Part shown: positions 10,066-20,897 of the stretch, piece after piece
Layout of the letters: the number at the start of each line of letters is the position of its first letter
Position numbering within the stretch: the first letter of the stretch is position 1
Assembly (NCBI GenBank): GCA_963714015.1
Contig: OY970223.1
Location: forward strand, 1,376,001 to 1,440,000
DNA: 64,000 nucleotides
Source: Vulcanimicrobiota bacterium
Lineage (GTDB): Bacteria; Vulcanimicrobiota; Vulcanimicrobiia; Vulcanimicrobiales; Vulcanimicrobiaceae
Direction: 5' to 3'
Program-made: the position numbers and the translations under genes
Notes under the pieces: model-generated
Database searches by the model: none
Told to the model about the DNA's origin: nothing
What the model saw: only the letters and a program-made list of their open reading frames with translations

Positions 10066-10359
10066 TCAGGCGCTTTCGCGCAGCCGGAGTTCTTCGAAGA
10101 CCAGAGCGGTCAGGGCGAGGGAGGGGCCGACAATCGGAACGGTATGCATGAGACATCGGTCGCTCACGAAGCGGGTCGAGTTCGTCCGCTCGTTCTCCCG
10201 GGCGAGGGCCTCGACATGGTTGGGCAGGCCGTCGGCATTAGCGAATTCCGCAAAAAAAGGGTCGTCGTTATCTTCTCGAGCGACGACATTACATTCTTGA
10301 TCCACTATCACGACGAAGCGTCGCGCACGCCTGCGAGGTGCCAAACCGTCCTCCACCAT
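10066..10359 (-). CDS. Small hypothetical protein resembling the N-terminal domain of the adjacent LuxR regulator
   Basis: RRRARRFVVIVDQ matches KRRAKPRVLFLDQ; ALVFEELRLRE matches AVFVEHGTRRE. Confidence 0.6.
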   Translation of the reverse strand: MVEDGLAPRRRARRFVVIVDQECNVVAREDNDDPFFAEFANADGLPNHVEALARENERTNSTRFVSDRCLMHTVPIVGPSLALTALVFEELRLRESA

Positions 10360-10549
10360 ATTGAAAATACTTTTACCTGCGAGAGCTTGCAATAGTGGTT
10401 TAGGGGTACCGAAACCGGTCTGAGTCCTACCAATGGACTAGTACGCGACCTGAAGCGAGACCACGAAATGCGCAGAAATCGTGGTCCTTTTTGCTATTCC
10501 TCCCGATTGCTCGTTAACAGATTAAGACGTCCGGACGCGGACAACGGCA

Positions 10550-11200
10550 TCAAACGATGCCGTTGCGGAAAGCGTAGATTGCGATTTGCGTGCGAGCCGT
10601 GACGTTGAGCTTTGAAAAGATATTAGCGATATGATTCTTGATCGTCTTGTCCGAAACCAGCAGTCTGCCGGCGATCTCTTTATTAGTGAGGCCCTCGGAG
10701 ACCAAGCGAACCACATCGAGCTCCCGGGGTGAAAGTTCGCCGACTTCAGGGGTTGCGTGTTTTCTAAGAAGGAGTCCCGAAAGCCGCGGATCCGCGTAGA
10801 AACCGTCTACTCCGAGGCGTTTCAGTGAGGCAATAAGCTCGGTGGGTGTTACGTCTTTCACGATGTAGCCGTCGGCTCCGGCGGAGATCGACTTCATCAT
10901 GACAGTCGTGGAGAGCTGCGATCCGAGCACGCAGATTCGAACTCCGGGGATGGCGGCGCGGGTCCGGGCTACGGAGTCTTCGATCCCCGCGACTTCGGCA
11001 TCGCAGCCGATGACGACGATGTCGGGTGCGGAACGTTGGAGCGCCTCGGCGTCGTAGGTGCGCGAATCGCCGACTATGGTAAGACCCTCATCGCGGTCCA
11101 GGATGCTGCACAAGGCCTTGCAAAGCAACTGTTGTGACTCGATGACGTAAACACGGTAGGACAGCGTACCTATCGACGCCGTTTCCTTGGTCTGAAACAT
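10550..11200 (-). CDS. NarL-type response regulator with atypical receiver domain
   Basis: Receiver fold (AGADGYIVKD) plus LuxR HTH (LSPRELDV-GLTNKEIA-KTIKNHIANIFSKL); GAGGGG RBS before ATG 11200. Confidence 0.9.
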   Translation of the reverse strand: MFQTKETASIGTLSYRVYVIESQQLLCKALCSILDRDEGLTIVGDSRTYDAEALQRSAPDIVVIGCDAEVAGIEDSVARTRAAIPGVRICVLGSQLSTTVMMKSISAGADGYIVKDVTPTELIASLKRLGVDGFYADPRLSGLLLRKHATPEVGELSPRELDVVRLVSEGLTNKEIAGRLLVSDKTIKNHIANIFSKLNVTARTQIAIYAFRNGIV

Positions 11201-11344
11201 ATGTCCCCTCAGATGTTGGAAGGGCCGCGGTATAAATTGCGTCCCTCGATTCCAGTTAACCAAGACTAGTAAAGTATTACTACCCTCCGTTTCAGGGGGT
11301 TTTGGGTCCTGAGCACTATGGACTACGCGAGCGGTAGTTCCCGT

Positions 11345-13150
11345 TCAGGCGGATTCGTCTCTGAATTGCCGCCGATAGAGACGGGCGTACTGCGCGTTGC
11401 GAGCAAGAAGGACCGGATGTGTGCCGCTCTCGACGATGCGGCCTCCCTCGACGACGAAGATCACGTCCGAAGTAATAATAGTGGAAAGCCGGTGGGCGAT
11501 GACCAAACTGGTCCTTCCGCGCATTAGCGGCACGAGTGCCGCCTGAATCGCCGCCTCGTTATGCGAGTCCAGCGAACTGGTCGCCTCGTCCAGAATCAGT
11601 ATGCGCGGATTCTTCAGCAGCACGCGCGCTATCGCCAAACGCTGCCGCTCGCCGCCGGAGAGTTTGTGTCCGCGTTCGCCGACGACGGTCTGGTAACCGT
11701 CGGGCAAAGAGGTGATGAAGTCGTCGATGTTCGCCGCCCGTGCCGCTGCGCGCAGCTCGTCCTCGGTCGCGCCCGGCTTGGCGTAGCGGAGATTCGTCGC
11801 GACGGTGTCGTGAAACAGGTAGGTTTCCTGCGTAACGATTCCGATGTCGCGGCGCAGTGAATCCAGCGTGAGGTTCTTGACGTCGTGGCCGTCGATCAGC
11901 ACTCGGCCTTGCTGAGGATCGTAGAAGCGCGGCACGAGCTGCGTGATCGTGGTCTTGCCGGCGCCCGAAGGTCCGACGAATGCAGCGATTTGACCGGGCT
12001 CTACGTGAAAGGAAACCCCTGTCAGCGCGGCTCGCGACGGCGTGTATGAGAAGTGGACGTCTTCGAAGGCGACCTCGCCGCGCAGCGAGGGTAAGCTCGA
12101 CGCGCCCGGAGGAGCGTACTCTTCGGCGGACATGTCCAAATAATCGAAGATGCGCTCGAACACCGCTAAAGCGCTGACGAACTGCACTTGAACGCCCGCG
12201 AGCGCCGCGGCTGAGCCGTAGAGGCGTGTGCCGATGAAGCCGATGAAAGCGACGATCACGCCGACTTTGGCGCCGCTCGAGAGCGCGAGCCATCCTCCGC
12301 CGAACCACACTAGAGCCGGTCCGACTGTAACCATGGCAGTGACGAGCGCCAGGAACCACCGGCCGACCATCGCCAGGTTGATCTCGAGCTTCATGAGATC
12401 GGTACCGACGCGGTAAAAGCGGTCGCGCTCGTAACCCTCGCGCGCGAACGACTTGATCAGCGTGATGCCCGAGATCGACAAGGTCTCTTGCGTGATCGAC
12501 TCGATCTCGTCGCGCTTCTCGCGCGTCTCTTTGCGGATCAGGTACATCTTTCGCCCGACCGGACCGAGCGGCAGAATCATCAGCGGAACGATGGCGATCG
12601 AGATCAGGGCAAGTTTCCAGTTCCAAGCGAACATTGCGACGAGCGTCGTCAGGATGGTGAAGACGTTCGTGAGAATCGTCGTCAGCGTTCCCGTCACGAC
12701 ATTGTCGATGTTGTCGACGTCGTTGCTCACGCGGTTCATGATCTCGCCCGTCTTCGTTCCGGTGAAGAAGGAGAGCGGCATGCGATGGAGATGCGAAACG
12801 AGGCGCGTGCGAATGTCGCGCATGATTCCTTCGCCGACGAGCGAGTTCAAGTATCCTTGAACTACGCCGATTAGGCCGCCGATCAACGCTGAAGCGGTCA
12901 TTACGCCGACGTCGATCGCGAGTTCGCGCAGGCTGCGGTGGGGAATCGCACTGTCGATAATGCGCGCCGTGACGAATCCCGGAACGAGCCCGACGAGTGC
13001 CACGACCAGAATGCACGACAGCACGAGCGACTGTTGCTTCCAGTAAGGCGCAAAGAGCGCACCGATCCGCCGCCAGTCGACGCGCTTGTTGACTTGCGGT
13101 TTGTCGGGACGGTTCATCGCGGACCACATCAGCCCGTAGCCGCCGTGCAT
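11345..13150 (-). CDS. ABC transporter, fused permease/ATPase (MdlB/MsbA-like)
   Basis: TM domain plus GPSGAGKTT, LSGGERQR, LDEATSSLD. Confidence 0.93.
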   Translation of the reverse strand: MHGGYGLMWSAMNRPDKPQVNKRVDWRRIGALFAPYWKQQSLVLSCILVVALVGLVPGFVTARIIDSAIPHRSLRELAIDVGVMTASALIGGLIGVVQGYLNSLVGEGIMRDIRTRLVSHLHRMPLSFFTGTKTGEIMNRVSNDVDNIDNVVTGTLTTILTNVFTILTTLVAMFAWNWKLALISIAIVPLMILPLGPVGRKMYLIRKETREKRDEIESITQETLSISGITLIKSFAREGYERDRFYRVGTDLMKLEINLAMVGRWFLALVTAMVTVGPALVWFGGGWLALSSGAKVGVIVAFIGFIGTRLYGSAAALAGVQVQFVSALAVFERIFDYLDMSAEEYAPPGASSLPSLRGEVAFEDVHFSYTPSRAALTGVSFHVEPGQIAAFVGPSGAGKTTITQLVPRFYDPQQGRVLIDGHDVKNLTLDSLRRDIGIVTQETYLFHDTVATNLRYAKPGATEDELRAAARAANIDDFITSLPDGYQTVVGERGHKLSGGERQRLAIARVLLKNPRILILDEATSSLDSHNEAAIQAALVPLMRGRTSLVIAHRLSTIITSDVIFVVEGGRIVESGTHPVLLARNAQYARLYRRQFRDESA

Positions 13151-13223
13151 GGACTAGATACTTCCCCGCCGCGTCGTGGTGAGCACTCGCAATGGGCGTT
13201 GACGCCGCCCGGGACGAGGCATC

Positions 13224-13586
13224 TTAATGCGGTACGGTAATCTGATGCAGCGTAACCTTGTTGCCCTCGGGATCGGTAAACGTACCGATTTTACAGACCG
13301 AGGTGTCGTAGACGCCCGGAACCTCAACGCCTTTGGCACGCAGTTCCGCTACGGTTTGTTCCATATCGTCTACTTCGAATGCGGCGCCGCCGGTCGGAGC
13401 GATCTCTGCCCATTCAGTCGTCACGACGGCAAACCAGCCCGCGCCGACTTGCGCGTCGGCGTATTTTTCGACACCGTCTTCGACGAAGGGATCGTTGAAT
13501 TTGAAACCGAGCGCGTCCGCGTAGAACTTACGCAGCGCCGGGACGTCTTTCGCGGGATATGCGACGAATGCGAAATCTTTAACCAC
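13224..13586 (-). CDS. VOC/glyoxalase family protein
   Basis: FYADALG, FEVDDM, FTDPEGN motifs. Confidence 0.88.
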   Translation of the reverse strand: MVKDFAFVAYPAKDVPALRKFYADALGFKFNDPFVEDGVEKYADAQVGAGWFAVVTTEWAEIAPTGGAAFEVDDMEQTVAELRAKGVEVPGVYDTSVCKIGTFTDPEGNKVTLHQITVPH

Positions 13587-13618
13587 GATGCTTGCCTTTC
13601 AAACCAGAAAACCCGGGA

Positions 13619-14638
13619 TTACTTCTTGCCGTTGCGCAGCGTCGCCAATTCCCGGAAGAGCTTCTTTTCCTTTTCGCTCAAGTCGGTCGGAAGCTGACCG
13701 ATAAGGCGCACGTATTCGTCGCCCATTCCGCCGTTCCGAACCTTGGGCATGCCTTTGCCCGCAAGGCGAAGGAGCCGGTTGTTCTGAGTTCCGGCGGGGA
13801 TAGTCATGGCGACTTGGCCGCCCATGGTCGGAACTTTGACCTCGCCCCCCAAGACCAAGTCATAGAGGCTGACCGGCAAATCGACGTAGAGATCGTCGCC
13901 TCTGCGTTTGTACGTGGGATCGTCGATCGCTTTGACGACGAGAAACAAGTCGCCGTTCGGTCCGCCCGCAACGCCCGCGCCGCCTTGAGCCGCCAAACGA
14001 ATGCGCTGCCCTTCGGCGATGCCTTTGGGAATCGTGACCTCGAACTTTTTGTTGGAAATTAAGCGCCCCGTGCCGTGACAGTTGGCGCACAACGATCCGC
14101 GGTCGGTTCCGGTGCCGCGGCAGCGCGGGCAAACGTCTTCGAGCTGCAGCGACACCGGCTTCTTGCCGCCGTCGTAAATGTCGCGCAGCGTGAGTTCGAT
14201 GGTCGTCTCCAAATCCTGACCGCGCTGCGCAAATCCGGTCGACTGAGCCGTATTACGCCTGCCGATGCCCGAGAAGAACATGTCGAAGAAGTCGGAGAAG
14301 CCGCTCGGAGAACCGGCGCTTCCCGCCGATCCGAAATCACCGAAATTGAAGTTGAACGTCTCGTTCTGAGTGTTGCGATAGCGCCGCTGCTGCTCGGCTT
14401 GGCGCGCGGCCTGCTGCCAATTGCTTCCGAGCATGTCGTACTTCTTGCGTTTGTCCGGATCGCCCAGAACCTCGTACGCTTCCTGGATTTCCTTGAAGCG
14501 CTCTTCGGCTTCTTTTTGGTTGTTCGGATTTGCGTCCGGATGCCATTTGCGGGCGAGCCGGCGGTACGCCGACTTGACGTCTTTCTCCGGCGCGCTCTTG
14601 GGGACTCCGAGGACCTGGTAGTAATCCTTGTAGTTCAT
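13619..14638 (-). CDS. dnaJ: J-domain co-chaperone (DnaJ/CbpA-like, two CXXCXGXG repeats)
   Basis: J-domain with HPD, G/F region, FSDFF, DnaJ C-terminal domain; in the dnaK operon. Confidence 0.88.
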   Translation of the reverse strand: MNYKDYYQVLGVPKSAPEKDVKSAYRRLARKWHPDANPNNQKEAEERFKEIQEAYEVLGDPDKRKKYDMLGSNWQQAARQAEQQRRYRNTQNETFNFNFGDFGSAGSAGSPSGFSDFFDMFFSGIGRRNTAQSTGFAQRGQDLETTIELTLRDIYDGGKKPVSLQLEDVCPRCRGTGTDRGSLCANCHGTGRLISNKKFEVTIPKGIAEGQRIRLAAQGGAGVAGGPNGDLFLVVKAIDDPTYKRRGDDLYVDLPVSLYDLVLGGEVKVPTMGGQVAMTIPAGTQNNRLLRLAGKGMPKVRNGGMGDEYVRLIGQLPTDLSEKEKKLFRELATLRNGKK

Positions 14639-15171
14639 TCAGCGGCGCGTTTGGCGACGATGACCTTCGCGGGGCGCAGGAGATCCTCGCCGATAGTATA
14701 GCCTTTTTGAGCTTCCTCCACGACGGTGTCGTCCTCGACGCCGTCGACGGCTTGCGTTCCGATCGCTTCGGCGACCGCAGGATCGAAGCGTTTGCCTTTG
14801 ACGTCGATGGGTTTCACGGTGGCCATCGTCAAAATGTTTTCGAATTGGCGGAGCGTATTTTGAACCCCGCTGCGCAGCGCTTCAGCGTTGTCTCCGTTGT
14901 ACGTCAATGCCCGCTCGAGGTTGTCGAGCACCGGCAAAAACTGCAGCAGCATCTTGCGCTCGCCCGCGGTGGCCAGTTCGCGGTAGTTTCGCTCCATCCG
15001 TTTCTTGTAATTTTCGAAATCCGCCATCGCGAGTAAGAACTTGTTGTAGTTCTCGTCGGCGCGCAAAGTCGCCGCATCGAGTTGCGCGCGCAGATCGTCG
15101 CTTGAAGTCGTGGGTTCGCCGTTTTCGGCGGCCCCGGGAACGTCGGCTTGCGTGATGTATTCTTCTTGCAT
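14635..15171 (-). CDS. grpE: Nucleotide exchange factor GrpE
   Basis: [33 protein letters not shown]. Confidence 0.95.
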   Translation of the reverse strand: MQEEYITQADVPGAAENGEPTTSSDDLRAQLDAATLRADENYNKFLLAMADFENYKKRMERNYRELATAGERKMLLQFLPVLDNLERALTYNGDNAEALRSGVQNTLRQFENILTMATVKPIDVKGKRFDPAVAEAIGTQAVDGVEDDTVVEEAQKGYTIGEDLLRPAKVIVAKRAAE

Positions 15172-15200
15172 ACGTTATTAAAATAATCGCGAGTTTGGTG

Positions 15201-15267
15201 GTGGAACGGGGCTACGCGAAACCCGGTACTAGTTTGCTAGGCCGGGTTTCGCGTTACGAAGTTCCAC
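15201..15267. repeat. Long stem-loop between dnaK and grpE
   Basis: ACGCGAAACCCGG (15214-15226) and CCGGGTTTCGCGT (15242-15254) form a perfect IR; outer GTGGAAC/GTTCCAC extends it. Confidence 0.75.
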
Positions 15268-15281
15268 GCCGAAAGACGCGG

Positions 15282-17144
<1,863 letters not shown>

Positions 17145-17267
17145 TAGATTGTCTCTCTTTCCGAGCCCATGGACCAGCCGTACTCACTTCCGCTGCGCTA
17201 CAGTGACGGAGGTGAACTTGGCCTTGCCGCTTACTGAGCTACAAGGATTACTGCGTGCCGCTAATAG

Positions 17268-17292
17268 TACGACATCGGCCCGCTTCTGTTCC
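17268..17292 (-). promoter_or_regulatory. Candidate ECF-sigma promoter for dnaK
   Basis: Minus strand GGAAC-N16-CGTA. Confidence 0.5.
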
Positions 17293-17329
17293 AGATCTTT
17301 AGACAGAAATTTGACTGCGGAGGTTGCGC

Positions 17330-17638
17330 AATCGCCTCCGCTGACGCTACGGCAGTAATCGCCTCCGCTAGCGCTACGGCGAGAAGGTACTTTTAAAGAG
17401 CGCCCTTACTGGGCGCCCGCCCTTGGGGCGGGTCTGCTTCGCAGATGGGCCTAAGACGGCTTGTTGGCCTTGCCGCCGGCTCTAGGAAGAAAAAAGGAGC
17501 GGCTGTTTGCCACCCCTTTTTGTTAGCGCTTTCCCTCGGTTGTCCGCGAACGCGGACCCGCCGGGTGTTAGGCGGCCGGCCAATAAGGCCGGGTCTTTCA
17601 ACCTACCTTCTCGCCGTAGCGCTAGCGGAGGCGATTAC
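17330..17638. repeat. REP/REPIN- or MITE-like structured element with 35-bp perfect terminal inverted repeats
   Basis: GTAATCGCCTCCGCTAGCGCTACGGCGAGAAGGTA at 17355-17389 and its exact reverse complement at 17604-17638. A degenerate third copy lies at 17330-17353. Eight internal hairpins. Confidence 0.8.
17487..17521 (-). terminator. Intrinsic terminator (possibly bidirectional) downstream of htrA
   Basis: Minus strand AAAAAGGGGTGGC-AAACA-GCCGCTCCTTTTTTCTT; the two mismatches are G-U pairs only on the minus strand. Confidence 0.65.
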
Positions 17639-18861
17639 GGCTGCTCCGGCATCTGCTGTTGCTGCTGCAACTGGTCGGGCTTTGCTCCGAGCGTAACGGT
17701 AACGAGACGGCGGCTGCCGGTGCTCTGGTCCCAAATCTGGAGCGTCACTTTATCACCCGCTTTCAGCTTGCCGACGGCGTCCATGAGCGTGCTCGGATCG
17801 CTGTACGACTTTCCGTTCATTTGGAGGATGACGTCGCCGGGGTTCAAGCCCGCCTGGTCGGCCGGCGTGCCCTGGATGACCTGCTGAATTCCGACGCCTC
17901 CCGAGTCCCGATAGCCGGTCTGGCTGCGGAAGCCGTTGTCGACAGCCGTGAGCGCCACACCGAGGAATGCCTGCGCGGGCGGCATCGTGATGCCCGGATG
18001 AGCGATCATCTGCTCGGCGTCTTTCCGTACGAGGTTAGAGGGGATGGCAAAACCGATGCCTTCGGCGCCGCCGCGCAGCGTCGACTGATTGACGCCGATG
18101 ACGTTGCCCTCGATGTCGACCAGCGGTCCGCCCGAGTTGCCCGGATTAATGGGTGCGGAAGTCTGAAGCAGACCTTTGAAGGTGATAGTCTGCCCCGCCT
18201 CGTTCTGAATCGGCTCCTGCCGGTCGAACGCGGAGACGACACCGACTGTAACGGACTGCTGCAACTCGTACGGTTCGCCGATAGCGATCGCCCACTGCCC
18301 TTGCTCCAGACGGTCCGAGTCCGCCAAACTAAGCGGAGGCGGCAGATTGCTTGTGCCGACGCGGATAATCGCCAAATCGGCTCCGACGTTCTCGGCGATG
18401 ATCCTCGCCGCTTCGTGCCGTCCGTTCCCGAAGACGACGGTGATGTTGCTCACTTGCGAGCCGGGAATCGGCGGCCGCACGACGTGAGCGTTCGTGACGA
18501 TGTCGCCGTTGCGGTCGAAGACGAATCCCGAACCGGAGTCCTTGCCTTTGAACGGCTGAGCGACGCTCGGAGGCGCGCCGCCGAACATCTGCGAGAACGG
18601 ATCGGTCGGCTGGTAAATTTGGCCGTTCACGGTGACGTCGATGGCAACCACCGATGGTTTCACCCGCTTGACGGCATTCACGATACGATCTTGGTCGCTG
18701 CCGCCGCCGTTCAGCGGCGCGGCGCTGACCGCCGGAGGAGTATCATTCGGACCGGCTGCGTTCGTGAAATGGCTGCTCGCGTAGAGCATCATGACGAACG
18801 AGCCGACGACTGCGCCCACCAAAGCGACGATCGCGGTGGGCAATACACGATTTCTCAACAT
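17635..18861 (-). CDS. htrA: HtrA/DegP-like serine protease with one PDZ domain
   Basis: GSGFV, TNAHVV, DLAII, INPGNSGGPL, C-terminal PDZ, N-terminal membrane anchor. Confidence 0.93.
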   Translation of the reverse strand: MLRNRVLPTAIVALVGAVVGSFVMMLYASSHFTNAAGPNDTPPAVSAAPLNGGGSDQDRIVNAVKRVKPSVVAIDVTVNGQIYQPTDPFSQMFGGAPPSVAQPFKGKDSGSGFVFDRNGDIVTNAHVVRPPIPGSQVSNITVVFGNGRHEAARIIAENVGADLAIIRVGTSNLPPPLSLADSDRLEQGQWAIAIGEPYELQQSVTVGVVSAFDRQEPIQNEAGQTITFKGLLQTSAPINPGNSGGPLVDIEGNVIGVNQSTLRGGAEGIGFAIPSNLVRKDAEQMIAHPGITMPPAQAFLGVALTAVDNGFRSQTGYRDSGGVGIQQVIQGTPADQAGLNPGDVILQMNGKSYSDPSTLMDAVGKLKAGDKVTLQIWDQSTGSRRLVTVTLGAKPDQLQQQQQMPEQP

Positions 18862-18873
18862 GCCTCAAACACT

Positions 18874-18933
18874 AACGAAATGCGGTAATAGAGCGTTCTA
18901 CCCGAAATACGCAAAAAGGTAGCGGACCGTTCC
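18874..18933 (-). promoter_or_regulatory. Two tandem candidate ECF-sigma promoters for htrA
   Basis: GGAAC-N17-CGTA (18933-18908) and GAAC-N17-CGTT (18898-18874). Confidence 0.55.
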
Positions 18934-18979
18934 CCGCGGGCCGTTGCCGCCCCCGCCGTGGGGCGCAGCGTCCAATTCG

Positions 18980-19711
18980 CTACGGAAGAATGGCTGCCGT
19001 TCCCACTGCCGCTCGCGCCGCCGGAGGGGCGTCCGAGACGATCAGCCCGTCTAGGACCCGCAAGATGCGCTTTGCGTGCGACGCGACGTTTTCGTCATGC
19101 GTCACCATAATGATCGTGCGTCCGCCGGCGTTCAATCGATCGAAGAGTGCCAATATCTCGGTACTCGTCTTGGAGTCCAGGTTTCCGGTGGGCTCGTCGG
19201 CGAGCAGCACCGCGGGATTGTTGACCAAAGCTCGGGCGATGGCCACGCGCTGCTGCTGTCCGCCGGAGAGTTCGGCCGGCTTGTGGCGCGCGCGATCGGC
19301 CAGGCCCACCTCCGTCAGCCGATCCATCGCCGCTTCATTGCGCCCCTTTGCGCCGATTCCGGCATAGAACAGCGGCAGTGCCACGTTCTTCAGCGCATCC
19401 GTGCGCGCGAGCAGATTGAAGCCTTGAAAGACGAAGCCGAGCTTTTTCAGGCGGATCTGCGCCAGTTCGTTGTCGCCGAGTTTGGAGACGTCGACGCCGT
19501 CGAGCAAGTATGTCCCCGTGGTAGCGCGGTCCAAGCACCCGAGCACGTTCATGAGCGTCGACTTTCCGGAGCCCGACGGTCCCATGATCGCCACGTACTC
19601 TCCCGATTCAATCGCAAACGAAACGCCGCGAAGCGCGTGCACCCGCATCTCGCCCATGTTGTACGTTTTGGTAACGTCGCGGACGTCTATGACTCTGCCG
19701 GTGTTATTCAT
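18980..19711 (-). CDS. ABC transporter ATP-binding protein (MacB/YknY/LolD-like)
   Basis: [33 protein letters not shown]. Confidence 0.95.
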   Translation of the reverse strand: MNNTGRVIDVRDVTKTYNMGEMRVHALRGVSFAIESGEYVAIMGPSGSGKSTLMNVLGCLDRATTGTYLLDGVDVSKLGDNELAQIRLKKLGFVFQGFNLLARTDALKNVALPLFYAGIGAKGRNEAAMDRLTEVGLADRARHKPAELSGGQQQRVAIARALVNNPAVLLADEPTGNLDSKTSTEILALFDRLNAGGRTIIMVTHDENVASHAKRILRVLDGLIVSDAPPAARAAVGTAAILP

Positions 19712-20897
19712 ATCTTAGCGCTTCAATCGGATCGAGTTGCGCGGCCCGCATTGCCGGATACGTTCCGAACGCCAGCGTGACGAACGCGGTGAAGACAATC
19801 GTGATCGTCGCAGCTTGTATCCACGGCACGGGAGCGGTGTAGCCGGTAATCTTCACGATCGCGAAGGCGTTGACGGCCCACCCCAGAGCCAGTCCGATTG
19901 CCAGACCGATGCCGCAGCCGATGCCGCACAGCAGCAGTGCTTCGATGAAGAACTGAGCCATGATCTGTCCGCTGGTTGCGCCGATCGCCTTGCGCACGCC
20001 GATCTCTCGCGTCCGCTCAGTAACGGAGACCAGCATGATGTTCATGATGCCGATCCCGGCCACCAGCAGAGAAATGGCGCCGATGAACGCGACGACCACC
20101 GTCATCACGCTGAAGATGCCGTTGATGCCCTTGGTGAGCTGCGCTTTGTCGAACGTGCTGTAGGCCAGGCGCGGGTCGCCCCGCAGCTGACGAAGCTTTT
20201 GCATGACGGCGACTTCCGTGAAAGGCATCTGGGACGTGTCCTCGACGATGATTCGCGCCGATCCGATCTTGTCGCCGTGGAGGTAGTCGGCCATCACGGT
20301 TGTGTACGGCGCGGAGACGTCCCCTCCGAAATTCAGCGGCAGCAACCCTTGGCGAGGCGGTGCGAGCACCCCGACGATCTGGTAGCGCCGGGGGCCGACG
20401 TAGATGCTCTCGCCGACGGGATCGCCCCCGTGCGGAAAGAGTTTTTTGTACGCGCGGTCGGAGATTACCGCGACGCTTGCGCGCGTATCGATCTCGTCCT
20501 GCGTGAAGCGCCGGCCGTACTGGAGGGGCGCATTGTTGAACGGCTCGAGCGGGTCTCCTGCGATGAAGTAACGCGCTTGGTCGTGTCCGTGCCGTACCAA
20601 GTCCGTTTCGGCGATCATCGGAACCGCTTGTTTCACGTTCGGCAGTTGCGCGATTGCGAGCAGATCACTGCGGGTAACCATTGCCTTTACAAAATCGGTT
20701 TGCGTTCCGCTGGGCGACACGATGAACGAGTCGTCGGTCATCGTGCCCAGAGCACCGTTGAGCGCTCCCGACATGCTGTTGCCCAGAACTTGAATCGCGA
20801 TGACCGCGCCGACGCCGATGATGAGGCCCGTAACCGTTAGTAGCGACCGGATCTTGCTGCCGAAAATAACGCTGAGCGCCTCTTCGAAGAGCATCAT
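19704..20897 (-). CDS. MacB/YknZ-like ABC permease
   Basis: [27 protein letters not shown] and [10 protein letters not shown]. Confidence 0.93.
   Translation of the reverse strand: MMLFEEALSVIFGSKIRSLLTVTGLIIGVGAVIAIQVLGNSMSGALNGALGTMTDDSFIVSPSGTQTDFVKAMVTRSDLLAIAQLPNVKQAVPMIAETDLVRHGHDQARYFIAGDPLEPFNNAPLQYGRRFTQDEIDTRASVAVISDRAYKKLFPHGGDPVGESIYVGPRRYQIVGVLAPPRQGLLPLNFGGDVSAPYTTVMADYLHGDKIGSARIIVEDTSQMPFTEVAVMQKLRQLRGDPRLAYSTFDKAQLTKGINGIFSVMTVVVAFIGAISLLVAGIGIMNIMLVSVTERTREIGVRKAIGATSGQIMAQFFIEALLLCGIGCGIGLAIGLALGWAVNAFAIVKITGYTAPVPWIQAATITIVFTAFVTLAFGTYPAMRAAQLDPIEALRYE

Noticed and set aside
17145..17330. CIRCE or HAIR heat-shock operator upstream of dnaK
   Set aside because: Neither TTAGCACTC-N9-GAGTGCTAA nor CTTGAGT-N7-ACTCAAG was found.
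17355..17638. Retron msr-msd, CRISPR mini-array, or SRP/RNase P/tmRNA/6S identity for the structured element
   Set aside because: No reverse transcriptase or cas gene nearby, repeats are inverted rather than direct with spacers, and I found none of the hallmark motifs of those RNAs.
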